NCBI GenBank assembly: GCA_965223155.1 | Contig: CBDCVR010000014.1 | Location: forward strand, 960,001-1,024,000 | Direction: 5' to 3' | Length of the DNA stretch: 64,000 bases | Source: Candidatus Multivoradales bacterium | GTDB taxonomy: Bacteria > Acidobacteriota > Thermoanaerobaculia > Multivoradales > JAHEKO01 | Shown here: positions 47,884 to 61,182 of the stretch, piece after piece | How positions within the stretch are numbered: the first letter of the stretch is position 1 | Layout: each line of letters starts with the position of its first letter | Notes under the pieces: generated by a model | What the model was told of the DNA's origin: nothing | Databases searched by the model: none | Seen by the model: the letters and a program-made list of their open reading frames with translations, nothing else | Translations under genes and position numbers: made by a program

Positions 47884-48891
47884 GTGAGAGCGGAGTTGGA
47901 ACGCGACGATCCGAGGCCGGATCGTGCCTGGGCCGCGAGGCGCCGCACCCTCGAGCACGGAAGACGCGCCCTGCGCCGGGTGCTCGATTTCGTCTTGCCC
48001 TGTCCGTGTCTGGCCTGCGACGGAGTCGCCGAGACCGCGTACCGCCTCAACCTCTGCCAACGGTGCTTCGGGCGGCTGCGCCCAGCCCAATCGGCCCAAT
48101 CGGCCCAATCGGGCCGGTCGGGCCGGTCGGGCCGATTGGCGGACCCATCGTCGGCAGGTCGATCGGCGGCATCGGCGGCATCGGCGACCAGCCCCCCGAG
48201 CCGGTGCACGACTTGCGGCACGAGCCTGGTCGAGACCGCCATGTCGCCGGAGCTTGTGCCGGCCCCAGGCGAATCTGCACGGGCGATCCGTTGCCTTGCC
48301 TGCCTCGCCCGGCCCGGTCCGATCGATCGCCTGTGGTTCGGCTGGAGCTACCAGGAGCCGATGACTACGGTGATCCACAAGCTCAAGTTCGGACGGCTCT
48401 CCTATCTCGGCCGGCAGCTCGGCCAGCGTCTCGACACGGTCTTTGGCCGAGAGCTCGAGGAGCAGCTCATCGATGCCGTGGTGCCGGTACCGCTGCACTG
48501 GCGGCGACGACTGCGGCGAGGGTTCAACCAGGCCTGGGAGATCGCCCGGCCGATCGCGCGAGCGCACGGCTGGCCTCTCGAGGCCGCTCTCGGCCGGGCC
48601 AGGCCTACTCCGCCCCAGGCGCGGCGGCGGCGCGCCCAACGCTCCCGGCTGCCGCGCTCGACCTTCGCGGTTCGGGCCGGCCGCAAGATCGAGGGCCGGC
48701 GCTTCCTCCTGGTTGACGACGTCGTCACTACCGGCGCGACCCTCGAGGCCGCCGCGGGGGCCCTCGAACGGGCCGGTTCGGCCTGGATCGGAGCCTTGGT
48801 GGCCGCGCGCACGCCACGGCTGGGGGCGCCGCCGGTCGCCTCCGGGACCGAATCGCCACTCGATCTCGCTCGCGAGGCGGGTCTCTTCTGA
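47884..48891 (+). CDS. comF: ComF-family phosphoribosyltransferase with double zinc ribbon
   Basis: Four CxxC, VPVPLH..R..RGFNQ, LLVDDVVTTGAT. Confidence 0.9.
   Translation: MRAELERDDPRPDRAWAARRRTLEHGRRALRRVLDFVLPCPCLACDGVAETAYRLNLCQRCFGRLRPAQSAQSAQSGRSGRSGRLADPSSAGRSAASAASATSPPSRCTTCGTSLVETAMSPELVPAPGESARAIRCLACLARPGPIDRLWFGWSYQEPMTTVIHKLKFGRLSYLGRQLGQRLDTVFGRELEEQLIDAVVPVPLHWRRRLRRGFNQAWEIARPIARAHGWPLEAALGRARPTPPQARRRRAQRSRLPRSTFAVRAGRKIEGRRFLLVDDVVTTGATLEAAAGALERAGSAWIGALVAARTPRLGAPPVASGTESPLDLAREAGLF
48085..48186. repeat. 9-bp tandem repeats within comF
   Basis: (GCCCAATCG)x3, (GGCCGGTCG)x2, (TCGGCGGCA)x2. Confidence 0.8.
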
Positions 48892-49120
48892 GCTTGCCTT
48901 CTAATGGATAGCACCTCCCCACCGACGAAGACAGAGTCAGCCAAACCGGGCCAAAACCGGGCCAAAGCCCGATAGCTGCACAGAAACGGCCGGCGGATCC
49001 GGAACCTGGCGGACCAAGGTCGAGCGATTCTCGCCGCGGAACGCAAGAAACTCGTAATCAATGGTTCTTTGACCTGGGACACCCGTCTCCCTATACTGGC
49101 CGTGCGTAGGTTCTGTAGCT

Positions 49121-51046
49121 ATGCGTGTACGCCCCCACCTGACCGCATGGGTCCTGGCCGCCTTGGCCTTGGTCCCGATGGCGCTCGTCGCGGAAGACGA
49201 GGGCGGCGTTCTGGCGGGTCGCGTCGAAGGCTCGGTCGAGCCGCTGTCGGCGGCCAAGGTGTACGCCTACGCGCTTTCCGACTTGAGCCTGCGCCGCGAG
49301 ATCACCGACCGCGACGGGCTGTTTCTGTTCGCCGAGCTGCCGGCCGGGCTCTATAAGGTGATCGCCTTCAAGCCGGGCTTCCTGCCGGCGGTGGTCATGC
49401 TCAGCCGAGCCTCGACTGGGGCGACCCAGTTTCTTGACGTTCAGCTCGCCCAGCAGTCCAACGATCCCGAGACCGCGGCGGCCTCCTTTTGGAAGCTGCG
49501 CGAGAAGATCCCGTCCGACGTTCTGCGCGACATGGACCTGCCGGCGTATCTGGCCCCCGAGGGCCGGATGCCCCAGGCTGTTCCGGCCGCCGGGCCAGCC
49601 GGACGGACGGCTCCTCAGGGGACCCCGTCGGCGGTGGCTGCCGCCCGGGAAATCCCCGCGGACCGGTTCTCGACCCAGATGCGAGCCAGCACCGGGGTCC
49701 ATGAAGGCCTTGACGTGGGCGACGGCGAGATCAACGGCGCCGAGGTCGATTTCTCGGGCCGGGTCAACGACGTCGAGATCGCCCTCAACGGAGAATTCAC
49801 CGAGCTTTCCACCGGCAGCGAAGCGCTCGAGGACGCGGGCTCCGGTTCGACCCAAGAGCTGGAGCTGCGGCTGGCGGCCGCGCGCCGCGCCACGGTCAAC
49901 TTCTCGACCCGCTCGAACGAGCTCTCGGGAGCCCGGAACGACGACTCGGTCGAGTACGAGCGCCACGCGGTGTCCTGGACCCAAGCCTACGGCGACCGGG
50001 CCCAGTCCAACGTCTCGGCGCAGTACACCGAAGAGAACAACTTCTACCGGCAGGCGCTGGTGGCGCCCAGCACGGTGCCCGGAGCCTCGCGCTCCTGGCG
50101 CATCGAAGGCTCCTACGCCAATCAGGTCACCGACCGCGCCAATGTCGAAGCCGGCGTTCTCTACCGCGAACGCGCCAGCGACCGCGAAGCCAGCGACTCT
50201 TTGCTGGCCTCCGAGACAGTGGAGCTCTTCGGCAAGGGCGGCTGGCAGATCAACCCGGCGCTGCTCGTCCAGTACGGGCTCTACTCGGCGCTGCGGGACG
50301 GCACGCTCTCGGTGTCTCCACAGGGCGGACTGGTCTTCCAGATCGCTCCCAAGTGGCAGGCGGCAACGCTCGCGAGCCGGCGCCTCGACACCTCGAATGA
50401 CGCCGTCCGGCGGATCGACTTTACGCCCGCCTACTACCAGGATGCCCGCTCCTGCCGGCAGGCCGAGGAGTACTGCTACGAGCTGTCTTTCTCGCGCTCC
50501 TGGACCGACGGCGAGGGCCTGAAGCTGGGAGCCGTCCACCGCAAGATCGGCGAGACCCAGCGCCTGTTCTTCGACTCGGACTTCTTCGACCGCTTCGACA
50601 GCCTGTACCTGGTGGATGGCGATCGGCTTCCCGAGCTGCGGCTCGAGGTCACCCGCCGCCTCAAGCCGGGCATCGTGGCCCGGTTCGAGTCGAACCTGGC
50701 GGCCGGCGGCGGCGGCCTGCTCCAGACTGCGGACAACGCCTACGAGAACGACGTGCGCTATCTCGTGACCTCGTTCGACACCCGGTTCGAAGGCTCGGCG
50801 ACCGATCTCCTGGTCGCCTTTCACCGGCTCGAGCAGGAGCTCTCGCCTCTGGGCGAGTACGAAACACCCGAGATGGCCCTCGAGCGACTGCAGGTCGGCG
50901 TCAGCCAGGATCTGGGGTTTCTCGACCGGTTGGCCTCAGAGCTTGCCGTCCACCTCAACATGGAGTTGAGCCGGGGCGGCACGTCCGAAGAGCTCTACGA
51001 AGAGCTTCGGAAACGCATCACCGGCGGCCTCGCCGTCCGTTTCTGA
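49121..51046 (+). CDS. Secreted/outer-membrane protein with carboxypeptidase-regulatory-like N-domain and beta-barrel-like C-terminus
   Basis: Signal peptide, TDRDGLFLFAELPAGLYKVIA, terminal GGLAVRF. Confidence 0.8.
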   Translation: MRVRPHLTAWVLAALALVPMALVAEDEGGVLAGRVEGSVEPLSAAKVYAYALSDLSLRREITDRDGLFLFAELPAGLYKVIAFKPGFLPAVVMLSRASTGATQFLDVQLAQQSNDPETAAASFWKLREKIPSDVLRDMDLPAYLAPEGRMPQAVPAAGPAGRTAPQGTPSAVAAAREIPADRFSTQMRASTGVHEGLDVGDGEINGAEVDFSGRVNDVEIALNGEFTELSTGSEALEDAGSGSTQELELRLAAARRATVNFSTRSNELSGARNDDSVEYERHAVSWTQAYGDRAQSNVSAQYTEENNFYRQALVAPSTVPGASRSWRIEGSYANQVTDRANVEAGVLYRERASDREASDSLLASETVELFGKGGWQINPALLVQYGLYSALRDGTLSVSPQGGLVFQIAPKWQAATLASRRLDTSNDAVRRIDFTPAYYQDARSCRQAEEYCYELSFSRSWTDGEGLKLGAVHRKIGETQRLFFDSDFFDRFDSLYLVDGDRLPELRLEVTRRLKPGIVARFESNLAAGGGGLLQTADNAYENDVRYLVTSFDTRFEGSATDLLVAFHRLEQELSPLGEYETPEMALERLQVGVSQDLGFLDRLASELAVHLNMELSRGGTSEELYEELRKRITGGLAVRF

Positions 51047-51207
51047 TCCCCGGAATCGGCCGCCAGCCGGCCCACAGCCGGCGACGCTCGGCCCTGCCGG
51101 ATCAACTCTCTGGATCCAAGATCGCCCCGGCGATTCAAAAAACCGGATAAACTCTAGGAAAGGCCCTTGATTTCAGGCCTTTAGGGCGATTCAAGGAACC
51201 GATTTCG

Positions 51208-51223
51208 TGGCATGGTTCCTGCT
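51208..51223 (+). promoter_or_regulatory. Sigma54 (-24/-12) promoter
   Basis: TGGCATGGTTCCTGCT: GG-N10-GC, close to TGGCAC-N5-TTGCW, about 25 bp upstream of ATG 51248. Confidence 0.7.
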
Positions 51224-51247
51224 TCGCAGGTTCTTGAGGATCTGCGC

Positions 51248-54036
51248 ATGACCGAGAGCAACAGGACGGGTCGCGGCCGCACGCTTCTACTGCTGGCGAG
51301 CATCCTCCTCGCCGCTCTGGTGGTGCTGGGCGGAGGCCTGAGCTCGGTACGCAAGATCGAGTCGTTCCAGCCGACCGGATTCACGGCCGAGCGCGACGCC
51401 GGCAACTGGGCGGTACAGAGCGCGGACCCGGGCACCGGCTTGGTCGCAGGCGACGCGATTCTCCTGGTCAATGGGGATACCGTGGCTACTGCCGCGGAAC
51501 TGGCGGGCGAGCTCAAGGCCGCGCCCGCAAGCGACCTCGTGGTCTTGCGGGGCGAGGAGCTGGTCGAAGTCGACTACGCCCGGCCCGCGCTCGACATCGA
51601 CTTCGCCTATCTGGTCCTGGCACTCATCGGCTGCGCCTATCTGCTGGTCGGCTTCTACACCTTGCTGCGCGACCAGCGCGGAGCGGCGGTGGTCTTCTTC
51701 CTCTGGACGCTGACCTCGGCGGTGGTCTATCTCTTCTCCCCCGCCGGACCCTTCGATCTCGTCGACAAGACCCTGTACGTCGCCGAGGAGTTCGCCCGGA
51801 TCCTGCTGGCGCCGCTGACGCTTCATCTCTTCTCGATCTTCCCCAAGCCGCTGGGCGGAAAGCGTCGTCGCCTTGGGGCGGGCTGGATGACGCCGTTTTT
51901 CTACCTGCCGGCCGCCTTTCTGGCTCTCCTGCAACTGGATCTTCTGGCAACCGGCGGCCGCATGCTCTTCGGCGCATCCGCGGGCACGGCGCTGGCAACG
52001 CTCGACCGTCTCGAGCTCTTCCACCTGGTCGTCTTCGGCCTGGCCGCCGCGGGGGTTCTGGCCTGGCGACTCTGGACCGGCAAGCAGGGAGAGGCTCAGC
52101 AGCAGACGAGCTGGATCGCCGCCGGCATGGTCGGCGGCTACCTGCCCTTCGGCCTCCTCTACGTCCTGCCGCGGGCCCTCGGGGCAAGCTGGCCCGACAC
52201 GCTGGCGCCGGTGACGGTCCTGTTTCTGGCGATCGTTCCGATCGCCTTCTCGTACGCGATCCTGCGCTACCGCCTGTGGGATCTGGGCGTGGTGGTGCGC
52301 GACTCGGTCACCCTCGGCCTCACCGTCCTCCTGGGAGTCTCGGGGTTCGCACTCGCCAACCAGGTGGTGAACCGGATGATGCCCACCGATCTCGCCATGG
52401 GCCGGAATCTCCTGGTGTTTCTGTCGGGCCTGACCATCGCCGGCCTCATGGTGCCGACCCATCGGGGTCTCGGCCAGTCGCTGGAGCGCCTCCAGTACCG
52501 CGGACGCTTCGGACGGCGGCGGGCTCTCGCCGAGATCGGCCGCGATCTGCTCAACGAGCGCGACCTCAATCTGTTGTGCGAGCGGCTGACCGACGAGATC
52601 CGTTCCAGTCTCGAGATCGACACCAGCAACCTGTTGCTGGTGCGGGACGGCATTGTGGTGCCCTGGCGAGCCGAGCCGGCTCTGGACGAGACGGTCTCGT
52701 TCGGGGATCTCCCGGAATCCCTCTGGAACCCGGGCGTGCACGGCCTGCCCGCCGTCGGTCTTCCCGGTGAGGACACGGCCGGGGTGGCTCTCTTCGGCGC
52801 CGGCTACCGCTACGCTCTGCCGCTCTTCGTCCGCGAGCGCCGGGTCGGCCTCTTCGTCTGCGGCTACAAGGACGGCTCGGTGCCGCTCAGCAGCGACGAT
52901 CTGGACCTGCTGGAAAGCCTGCTCAACCAGACCGCGCTCGCCATCGAAAACGCGCAGCTTCTCGAGACCGTGCAATCGCAGCTCGAGGAAGTCGTCCGCT
53001 TGCAGCAGTTCAACAAAGAAATCGTCGAGTCCTCGCCGGCCGGAATCGTGGTCCTGGGACCTGATGAAGCCGTGGTCTCGGCCAACCGGGCGTTCGCCGG
53101 GCTCTTCGGCCTCGCCGTCGAGGAGATCACCGGCAGGCGGGTCGCGGACTTCCTGCCCGGAACGCCGCTGCCGGCCCCGGGCGACGGCTTGCGCGAGACC
53201 CGGATCGAGCCCGCCCAGGGCACCGAGCGCTATCTCCAGATCAGCGCCGGCGCCCTTCCCGGCGCGGCCGAGTCCTCCTCCCAGAGAGTGCTGGTCGTCC
53301 AGGACGTCACCGACCGCATCGCCATGGAGAACGCCCTCAAGGAAAAGGACCGGCTGGCCGCCCTCGGCGTCCTCGCCGCGGGAGTCGCCCACGAGGTCAA
53401 CACGCCGATCACCGGAATCTCGAGCTACGCCCAGATGCTGCTCCAGGACACTCCCGACGACGATCCCCGGCACCAGCTCTTGAGGAAGGTCGAGACCCAG
53501 ACCTTCCGCGCCGCCCGTATCGTCAACAACCTCCTCAACTTCGCGCGCAAGCGGGGCGGCGAGCAGATCTCGGTGGACCTGGGTCCGCTGGTCGACGAAT
53601 GCCTGGATCTAGTGCGCGAGCGGCTGCACGAGCACGGCGTCGGCCTGGTCTGGCAGCGGCCCGACCAGCCGATCACGGTCCTCGGCAACGAGGGCGAGCT
53701 CCAGCAGGTGGTCACCAATCTGGTCATGAACGCGATCGATGCCATGGGCGGCACCGGCGGTTCGCTCACGGTCGAGATCGAGACCAACGGCTCCTGGGCC
53801 TGGATCGGAGTCGAGGACACCGGTCCGGGCATCGCGCCCGGCCAGCTCGAGAGCATCTTCGAGCCCTTCTATTCGACCAAGCTGGACCAGGGCGGTACCG
53901 GACTCGGCCTGTCGATCTCGCATGACCTTATTCGGCGGCACCGGGGCGACATCCGGGTCGTCAGCCAGCTCGGGGAAGGCTCGCGCTTCATCATCGAGCT
54001 TCCCACCGCGGAGAACCCACCCGAATCCTCGAACGA

Positions 54037-54040
<4 letters not shown>
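51248..54040 (+). CDS. Sensor histidine kinase (PDZ-like, multi-TM, GAF, PAS, HisKA, HATPase)
   Basis: AHEVNTP H-box, NLVMNA, DTGPGI, FEPFYSTK, GTGLGL. Confidence 0.95.
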
Positions 54041-55419
<1,379 letters not shown>

Positions 55420-55452
55420 GCGCTCTTGCGCAAGACCCGAAAGGAGTCGACG

Positions 55453-58128
55453 ATGCAGCGTCGAGTTGGAAGAGGACTGTCTCCGCCCGCCTATCTGCCC
55501 GCCGCGATACTGGCGATGACGCTAGCCGCCGCCGGACCGGCCGCCCCGGCCGCCCTGGCCTCCAGTACCCCCCTGCTCGAGCCCCTAAGCGACGGCAGCG
55601 CGGTCGCCCTGCCGGCCGTGGATGCATCGGTGCCCTCGCCGGCCGAGTTTCTGGGCTACGCACTGGGCGGACGCTTCACCCACCACGAGCGGATCGTCGC
55701 CTACCTCGATCACCTGGCGGCCTCGTCAGAACGGGTCTCGATCTGGCAGTACGGCTCGACCTATGAGGGCCGGCCGCTCAAGCTGGCCGCGATCTCGTCG
55801 CCCCGGAATCTGGCCCGCCTCGAGGCGATTCGCGGCGAGCTCGCCGCCCTCGCCGGCGGCGCGGACACGGAGGCCGAGCTCGACCGGGTCCTGGCCTCGG
55901 CTCCGGTCGTGGTCTGGCTGGCCTACGGCGTCCACGGTAACGAAGCCTCCTCGGCAGAGGCGGCGATGGCGGCGGCCTATGTCTTCGCCGCCGGCCAGGA
56001 TGATTGGTCGGAGCTTCTCGACAACGCGGTAGTCCTGATCGATCCCCTGTGCAATCCCGACGGGCGCGAGCGCTACGTTCATTTCTACGAGACCCGGCGC
56101 GGGCGCGTTCCCGACCCCCTGCCGGAATCGGCCGAGCACCGCGAGCCCTGGCCGGGCGGGCGGCAGAACCACTACCTGGTGGACCTCAACCGGGACTGGA
56201 CGTGGCTCAGCCAGCAGGAGACCCAAGCCCGCGTCGCCGAGTACCGGCGCTGGGAGCCGCACGTCTACGTCGACTTCCACGAGATGTCGCCACGCTCGTC
56301 CTATTTCTTTCCGCCCTCAGCCGAGCCCATCCATCCGGCTATCGCCGCCGGCTCCGTGGGCTGGCTCGAGACCTTCGGCCGCGCCAACGCCGAAGCCTTC
56401 GACGACCGGGGCTGGGTCTACTACGTGGGCGAGAACTTCGATCTCTTCTATCCGGGCTACGGCGATTCGTATCCGAGCCTGCGCGGCGCCATCGGCATGA
56501 CCTACGAGATGGCGGGGCACGGCCGGGCCGGACAAGCCTACCGGCGGCCTGACGGGACGGTATTGACGCTGGCCGACCGCATCGCCCGCCACCTGACGAC
56601 TTCAATCGCCACCGCCCGCACGGCGATCCGGAACCGCTCGGATCTGCTGCGCGACTTCTCCGCTTCGCGCCGCGCGCGCGGTCCCGAGCGCACCTACCTG
56701 TGGCGTCCGGACCAACCCGAGGCCGCCGCCGCGGCCGAGCTTCTGGCGGCGCACGGCGTCCAGGTCGGCGCCCTCGCGGAGCCGGCGCGGCTGCGGACCG
56801 CCCCGCTTGCGGCCACTGCCTCCGACGCCACCGACTCCACAGACGCCACGGAAGCCCGCCGGTTTCCGGCCGGAACCTACGCGGTCTCCACCCAGCAACC
56901 CCTGGGCGCCCTGGTCCGAACCCTGATGGAGCGTGACGCCGCCATGTCACAGCGCTTCCTCGACGAGCAGCGCCGGCGCATCGAGCAGAACCGCTCGACC
57001 GAGTTCTTCGACATCACCGCCTGGTCGCTGCCGCTCGCCTTCAACGTCGAGACCTGGGTCAGCGGCGAAGCCGTCGCCAGCGCTCCGATCTCACCGGCTT
57101 CCGGCACGGTCCGGGGCGAGGGCGAGCTAGGAGTGCTGATCCCGCCCCAGGGCCTTGATTCCTACCGCCTGCTAGCGGCACTCCAGCGAGAGGACATCGT
57201 CTTCCGGCTCGCGGTCGGAGCCTTCGAGCTCGCGGGCGCCGAGTACCCCAACGGAACGGTCTTCGTCCCGTACCGGGGCAACGACGAGGGGCTCGACACC
57301 CAGCTCGCCGGTTTGACCGAAGAGCTCGGAGTCTCGGCCGTCCGCATCGCAACCGGGTACGCCGAGGGCGGCAACTCGCTGGGCTCGGACGACATGGTGC
57401 CGGTGCGGCCGGCTCGCATCGGCCTCCTCGCCGGCGACGGCGTCAGCCCGACCTCGTTCGGTTTTCTCTGGCACCTGATGGACCAGCAGATCGCTCTCGA
57501 TCATCATCGACTGGACACCGGCAGCTTCGATCGCGTCGACTTGAGCGCCTTCGACGCGCTGGTGCTTCCAAGTGGCTCGCTGGACGAAGAAGCCGCCAAG
57601 AAGCTCGAAGACTGGCTCCGCGCCGGCGGCACGCTCATCGCCGTCGGCCGGGCGGTCTCCTGGCTGAGGAATCGGAAAGTGAGCCGTCTCAAAGCCTGGC
57701 AGCCGCCCGAAGACGGCGGCGGCCGCAACGAGGTCACCGAGCTGACCCCCGAGCGGCGGAGTCTCTACACCCCGGGCGCGGTGCTGGGGACCCGAACCCG
57801 AAGCGAGCATCCCCTGGCCGCCGGCATCCAGCGCTCGCCCGCGGCGATCTTCTCCGGCCGAACCGTGCTGCTGCCGACCGGAGATCCCCGGCGCGATCTC
57901 CTGGTGGCCGCCAAGGAGGATCCGGTGGTGGCCGGTTTCGCCTGGCCCGAGGCCGAGGAGCGGCTCCAGGGATCCCTGCTGGTTGGCGTCGAGGGCGTGG
58001 GCGCCGGCACTCTCATCTCCTTTTCCCAGGATCCCGACTTCCGCCTCTTCTGGCGCGGCACTGCCCCATTCTTTCTGAACGCGGTCATGTTCGGACCCAG
58101 CCTGGCCGAGAGCGGCCACCTGCGCTAG
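55453..58128 (+). CDS. M14-family zinc carboxypeptidase with C-terminal GATase-like domain
   Basis: Signal peptide, HGNE, NPDG, DLNRD, DFHEM. Confidence 0.92.
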   Translation: MQRRVGRGLSPPAYLPAAILAMTLAAAGPAAPAALASSTPLLEPLSDGSAVALPAVDASVPSPAEFLGYALGGRFTHHERIVAYLDHLAASSERVSIWQYGSTYEGRPLKLAAISSPRNLARLEAIRGELAALAGGADTEAELDRVLASAPVVVWLAYGVHGNEASSAEAAMAAAYVFAAGQDDWSELLDNAVVLIDPLCNPDGRERYVHFYETRRGRVPDPLPESAEHREPWPGGRQNHYLVDLNRDWTWLSQQETQARVAEYRRWEPHVYVDFHEMSPRSSYFFPPSAEPIHPAIAAGSVGWLETFGRANAEAFDDRGWVYYVGENFDLFYPGYGDSYPSLRGAIGMTYEMAGHGRAGQAYRRPDGTVLTLADRIARHLTTSIATARTAIRNRSDLLRDFSASRRARGPERTYLWRPDQPEAAAAAELLAAHGVQVGALAEPARLRTAPLAATASDATDSTDATEARRFPAGTYAVSTQQPLGALVRTLMERDAAMSQRFLDEQRRRIEQNRSTEFFDITAWSLPLAFNVETWVSGEAVASAPISPASGTVRGEGELGVLIPPQGLDSYRLLAALQREDIVFRLAVGAFELAGAEYPNGTVFVPYRGNDEGLDTQLAGLTEELGVSAVRIATGYAEGGNSLGSDDMVPVRPARIGLLAGDGVSPTSFGFLWHLMDQQIALDHHRLDTGSFDRVDLSAFDALVLPSGSLDEEAAKKLEDWLRAGGTLIAVGRAVSWLRNRKVSRLKAWQPPEDGGGRNEVTELTPERRSLYTPGAVLGTRTRSEHPLAAGIQRSPAAIFSGRTVLLPTGDPRRDLLVAAKEDPVVAGFAWPEAEERLQGSLLVGVEGVGAGTLISFSQDPDFRLFWRGTAPFFLNAVMFGPSLAESGHLR

Positions 58129-58209
58129 TCGAAGGCGAGCCTGTAGCTCGTACCGAGGTTCGGCCAGCAGGCCGGACCCCTTGACGCGAACCCTGGTGCG
58201 AAAGGCGGG

Positions 58210-60501
58210 CTACAGCACCCAGGCGTAGCCCAGCTTCAGGAAGACGCTACGGTCGCTCTGGGTCAAGCTGATCCGCTGGTCGCCTTCCCGGGTGTCGCCG
58301 TAGCCCAGAAAGAGGACGGTCTGAGGGTTCAGCTTGTACGAGAACAGGACCTGGGTGAAAAGCCGGTCGAACTCGGCGTCGACCTCGTCCTGGTAGAGCG
58401 CCTGATTCCGGTCGATCGAGGTCCATTGAAAGATCGTGCGGACGAAGGTGCGAACGTTGAACTGGTAGACCAGGCGAAGCTGGCTTAGGTTGGCTTCGAA
58501 GAGCTCGCCGCCATCGACGTCCAGACGCTGCAGGTTGTGGTCCAGGTTGGCCCTGAGGTGCAAGCCCAGGTTCCATTGGATGCTGGGCTCCAGAAAGAGC
58601 ACCTTGGCGGGTCGGGTGTGGGCGAAGTCGATGGCGTCACCGCGGCCGGCGAACATGCCGAACCAGAAGTCCCCGGTGGGTTGGATCTCGAACCAGCTGT
58701 TCATGAAGTCCTGATCCTCGAAGATGACGCCGTCGAAGAAGCGGTCGCGCTGGCCGATGCCGAAGAACAAATGGGACTGCTTGGGCCCTGAGATGTTGGT
58801 GCGGATCTCGGCCTCGCGCTCGAGCACGTTGCCTTCCTCGTCTTCGGTGAGATCCCAGTCGCCGCCGAAGGACCAGCGCGTGTACCAGTCGTCCTCCTCG
58901 CCCCACCAAGTGCGGTCGGCGCCGGCGAGCAGAAAGCTCGTGCCCACCCGTGGCATGAAGCCCATGTCGGCCCGAAACTGGGAGCCGATGTCCCGGTACT
59001 CGCCGTAGACGAACCAATTCCGGTCGTCGTGGGTGTAGCGCAAGCGATAGCCGTGATCCGAGAAGCTCCCGGACGGCTGGTCGAAGTCGGCCGCGATCAC
59101 GCCCGGGTACTCGGTCTCGGAGCGCAGGTACTGAAACCGGATTGAATCGGTCTCGCGGAACCGGTAGAGCCCGTCGATGCCACCGACCTGGTTCGAATAG
59201 TCGCCGCCCTCCCGGCTGGTAAAGAGCACGCCGATCGCCGAAGACGAACCGAAATCCCGCCGGTACCGGACGACCGCGTCGTCGGTCTCGAAATCGAAGG
59301 AGTCGGCATCCGAGCCCTGACTGCCCGGAAACAAGAGGTTGGTCGTCGTGTCGCGAGCCACGAAGGCCCCGAAGGCGTTCTTGCCCTGCTTGCCTGAGAA
59401 CTTGACGCCCCAATCCGGGTCGGCCACGTTGCGGGTGAAGACCGCCCGCATCGGCGTGGAGAAGAAGTCGGCTCCCTCCAGAAAGAACGGGCGGCGCTCC
59501 GGAAAGAACAGGGCGAACTGGTTGTTGACGTCAAGCTGCGCGACGTCCGCTTCGACCTGGGAGAAGTCCGGATTGATCGCTGCGTTCAAGATCAGGTTCG
59601 GGGTGATCCCCCAGCGCGCCGTCAGTCCGAACTCGTTGTCGACGCTCCCTTCGACCAGGTCACCGGTCGGAAAGTCTTCTCGTACGTCGGTGCGCCCGCC
59701 GGTCACGGTGGGAACGAACTCCAGATTGCGGCCGGGAGTGATGCCTTCGAACCCATTGAGTTTCGAGACCTGGCAGACGTAGCAGCTGATCGAGCGGTCC
59801 AGGGGCTGGAGCGCGATCCGGTGACGCTGGTCCCGCGGATAGAACCGGAGCGCGTCGAAGCCCCAGGTCTGTTGACCGGACGCCGCTTCGAAGCGCAACT
59901 GGTTGAACGGAATCGCCAGCTCGACCACGTACCCGGTCGTGGTGATCTTGCCGGCCGAGTCCCAGATGGCGTCCCAAGCGTCGGATTCGCCGCCGCCCAA
60001 GTCGTCGACGAAGGAGTCCATCTGGACGCCCAACGGGTTGGCGAAGAACTGGAAGGCTCGCCGCTCGTCATTGAAGGGATCCAAGACCACCCCCACGAAG
60101 TCGTCGCTCCAGGCGCTATCCCGGTCGGCAAGGTGAGCGCGGATCGCGCCCGGTTCCGGATCGTGCGCGCGAAAGGCAAAGTACAGGGCGCGGTCGTCAT
60201 AGGTGGCGAAGACCTCGGTGCGCACAGGCGGGTCGATGTTCTCGCCCGGACGGGTCTCGAAGGCCAGCTCGAGGGTGAGTGCGTCGGCCCAGGCCCCCTC
60301 GTCCAGAACGCCATCGACGGCGATCTCGCCGGAGGCCCGGGGAATGGCGAAGGGCCGCTCCTCGGCCTGGCTTTCGGTGCTTGCTGCCTCCTCGGCGACG
60401 GCCGTCTCGGGGCTCTCCTCATCGCCACCCACGGCGGGACCCGATATCGGGCCCAGAGCGCCGAGCACGAACACCGAAACCACCACGATCAAACGTCGCA
60501 T
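58210..60501 (-). CDS. CBM9-like plus DUF5916 outer-membrane protein
   Basis: [45 protein letters not shown]. Confidence 0.88.
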   Translation of the reverse strand: MRRLIVVVSVFVLGALGPISGPAVGGDEESPETAVAEEAASTESQAEERPFAIPRASGEIAVDGVLDEGAWADALTLELAFETRPGENIDPPVRTEVFATYDDRALYFAFRAHDPEPGAIRAHLADRDSAWSDDFVGVVLDPFNDERRAFQFFANPLGVQMDSFVDDLGGGESDAWDAIWDSAGKITTTGYVVELAIPFNQLRFEAASGQQTWGFDALRFYPRDQRHRIALQPLDRSISCYVCQVSKLNGFEGITPGRNLEFVPTVTGGRTDVREDFPTGDLVEGSVDNEFGLTARWGITPNLILNAAINPDFSQVEADVAQLDVNNQFALFFPERRPFFLEGADFFSTPMRAVFTRNVADPDWGVKFSGKQGKNAFGAFVARDTTTNLLFPGSQGSDADSFDFETDDAVVRYRRDFGSSSAIGVLFTSREGGDYSNQVGGIDGLYRFRETDSIRFQYLRSETEYPGVIAADFDQPSGSFSDHGYRLRYTHDDRNWFVYGEYRDIGSQFRADMGFMPRVGTSFLLAGADRTWWGEEDDWYTRWSFGGDWDLTEDEEGNVLEREAEIRTNISGPKQSHLFFGIGQRDRFFDGVIFEDQDFMNSWFEIQPTGDFWFGMFAGRGDAIDFAHTRPAKVLFLEPSIQWNLGLHLRANLDHNLQRLDVDGGELFEANLSQLRLVYQFNVRTFVRTIFQWTSIDRNQALYQDEVDAEFDRLFTQVLFSYKLNPQTVLFLGYGDTREGDQRISLTQSDRSVFLKLGYAWVL

Positions 60502-60803
60502 CTCCCTACCCTTTCTTTCGATCCACTCTTCGATCTCTCGTTCCGACCGGCTCTGAAGCCCCGCGGTTTCTATCTCGTTGCCCGCTCTTGCCGTACGGCG
60601 TAAGCTCATGCAAGGTTCTCGACCTGAAGATATCTACGTGCGAGCTCGCACGCCCGTCGTCTCCAGAGCCCTTGCCACATGCCCTTGAAATCGCTTACCA
60701 TCCTCTGCCCCGGAGGGTTACACGCGATTTTCGCGGTCCGTACCGGGGGGCCGGCCGGAATATCATCCCGCCCGGCGTTGTTTTTCTCTCCAGGTGCCGA
60801 ATC

Positions 60804-61010
60804 ATGAAAGCTGACATTCATCCCGAACTTCACCACATCACGGTCACCTGCGCCTGCGGCAACTCCTTCGAGACCCATTCGACCCAGTCCGAGCTGCGAC
60901 TCGAGATCTGCAGCGCCTGCCACCCGTTCTTCACCGGCAAGCAGAAGCTGGTCGACTCCGCGGGTCGCGTCGAGCGGTTCCAGCGCCGGTACGGCCTCGG
61001 CTCGTCCTAG
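60804..61010 (+). CDS. rpmE: 50S ribosomal protein L31 (Zn-binding type)
   Basis: MKADIHP...CACG...[24 protein letters not shown]. Confidence 0.98.
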   Translation: MKADIHPELHHITVTCACGNSFETHSTQSELRLEICSACHPFFTGKQKLVDSAGRVERFQRRYGLGSS

Positions 61011-61182
61011 CGGCGCTCGCGCCACCAGGCGGCTGAGTTCCCGGAGGGTCTTCCGTCCGGTCCCGAGCCGTGTGTTTCTGAGATACTGAGCCATCTCGTT
61101 CTCTCGCCGAGCGCGAGGCTACTACCGAGGTAGTTAATCGTCAACCGCCCGGCCACGCCGGATCTCGTTTCCCGTCAGTCCG

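Noticed and set aside
48941-48971. Short CCAAAACCGGG-type tandem repeat upstream of the 49121 gene
   Set aside because: Only 2-3 imperfect short units; cannot be distinguished from slippage or chance.
51212-51247. Kinase start at ATG 51212
   Set aside because: That ATG lies inside the sigma54 promoter motif; 51248 is preferred.
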